Both the position numbers and the translations under genes were made by a program. From IMG/VR virus record IMGVR_UViG_3300020045_002874, positions 1 through 35,109 of that record: 35,109 bases of DNA, one strand, 5' to 3'. Position 1 is the first letter of the stretch; every line of letters starts with the position of its first letter. This document shows, piece by piece, positions 34,532 to 35,109 of this stretch. Source of the DNA: a virus (taxonomy: Duplodnaviria > Caudoviricetes). Under the pieces are notes generated by a model that worked only from the letters and a program-made list of their open reading frames with translations, searched no databases and was not told where the DNA came from.

Positions 34532-34720
34532 TTAGTCCTCCTTTATGTCCTCGTATAGTGTTGTTATAAACTCATCGACTTGCTCATCAATATAATCAAA
34601 GCCATCTTCATATCTAATACTTTGGACCAAACCTTGAACGAGGTCCTCAAATTGCGTCTCATATGTTTCCATGGAGTTGTGCGTATTTAGACGATATACT
34701 AAGTCCTCACAAGTGCCTTG
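34532..34720 (-). CDS. Acidic hypothetical protein, apparently 5'-truncated at a junction
   Basis: Frame is open from 34720 to 34532 (...TCEDLVYRLNTHNSMETYETQFEDLV...KED); the ATG at 34672 has no SD. Confidence 0.45.
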   Translation of the reverse strand, partial: QGTCEDLVYRLNTHNSMETYETQFEDLVQGLVQSIRYEDGFDYIDEQVDEFITTLYEDIKED

Positions 34721-34751
34721 CTATTCATCATCAAACAAGGAGGACAATAAA

Positions 34752-35109
34752 ATGGGACAATTTAAAGTAGGGGATAAAGTACGGGATACTAAATACAAAC
34801 CAGGAGCAGTCGGTAAAGTTATGGTGGTGGATTATAAAGATACTTTACCTCGCTTACCCTATCTTGTAGAGTGGGGGACTGATTTTAGCGACAAGGGGAC
34901 AACAACCTCACTCACTCGCTTTTGGTGGTCTGAGGATGACCTTACATTAGTTGAGGAGCCTAAGCAAGCATTTAAACTCGGTCAAATGGTGCGATTGATA
35001 AAGGTTGACTTACCGCGTGCGACCTCAATCCCATCCTTGTACACGATGGCGTGTTGGATGTTATGCTTATTGGTGCTTGTGATTTTTGTTTCAATTGTAA
35101 ACATGCTCA
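34752..35109 (+). CDS. SH3-like KVGDK-domain protein in inverted orientation, chimeric after ~34990 (not in ORF track)
   Basis: SD AAGGAGG; MGQFKVGDKVRDTKY...LPYLVEWG...FWWSEDDLTLVEEPKQAFKLGQMVR; no stop before the window end. Confidence 0.65.
   Translation, partial: MGQFKVGDKVRDTKYKPGAVGKVMVVDYKDTLPRLPYLVEWGTDFSDKGTTTSLTRFWWSEDDLTLVEEPKQAFKLGQMVRLIKVDLPRATSIPSLYTMACWMLCLLVLVIFVSIVNML
34989..35109 (+). repeat. 121-bp exact direct repeat of 34001-34121
   Basis: GTGCGATTGATAAAGG...GTAAACATGCTCA is identical in both places. Confidence 0.95.

Larger units (their letters stand above)
33843..34780. repeat. 23-bp perfect inverted repeat (33843-33865 and 34758-34780)
   Basis: CAATTTAAAGTAGGGGATAAAGT occurs on opposite strands. 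Confidence 0.9.

Noticed and set aside
34989-35109. Direct terminal repeat or DGR template
   Set aside because: It matches an internal site (34001-34121), not the window start, and is 100% identical with no A-specific changes.
1-35109. Stop-codon reassignment
   Set aside because: Genes are full-length and tightly packed under the standard code, and TAA, TGA and TAG all end genes.
1-35109. CRISPR array, tRNA, integrase or transposase
   Set aside because: No regularly spaced repeat-spacer array, cloverleaf or recombinase motif was recognised, and intergenic spaces are very short.

Overview
A partial genome of a tailed dsDNA bacteriophage with podovirus-like gene order, probably lytic (no integrase or repressor recognised). 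The host is probably a Gram-positive Bacillota, judging by sigmaA-type promoters with extended -10, strong SD sites, and a holin plus M23 endolysin without spanins. The + strand (1-19585) carries the virion module: portal C-terminus, scaffold, N4-gp56-like major capsid, adaptor and nozzle, two fibre proteins, a three-paralog fibre-tip module, a phosphodiester glycosidase, the lysis cassette and two internal (ejection) proteins. The - strand (19566-34720) carries replication and early genes: YqaJ-like exonuclease, SNF2-like helicase, VRR-NUC, DUF3310, family A polymerase, a DnaG-type primase fused to an apparently complete MCM-type helicase, SSB, Sak3-like annealase, a DUF5664 dATP/dGTP pyrophosphohydrolase and small early genes. 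The most notable signals are: (1) the TOPRIM-primase/MCM fusion; (2) a probable ADP-ribosyltransferase domain inside the 1601-aa ejection protein; (3) an early-region family of SH3/CAP-Gly-like domains that begin with an identical 14-bp DNA motif and are coupled to tiny membrane peptides; (4) strong palindrome avoidance that breaks down in the fibre gene; (5) a rearranged or chimeric right end. All family assignments come from motif recognition by eye, not database searches.
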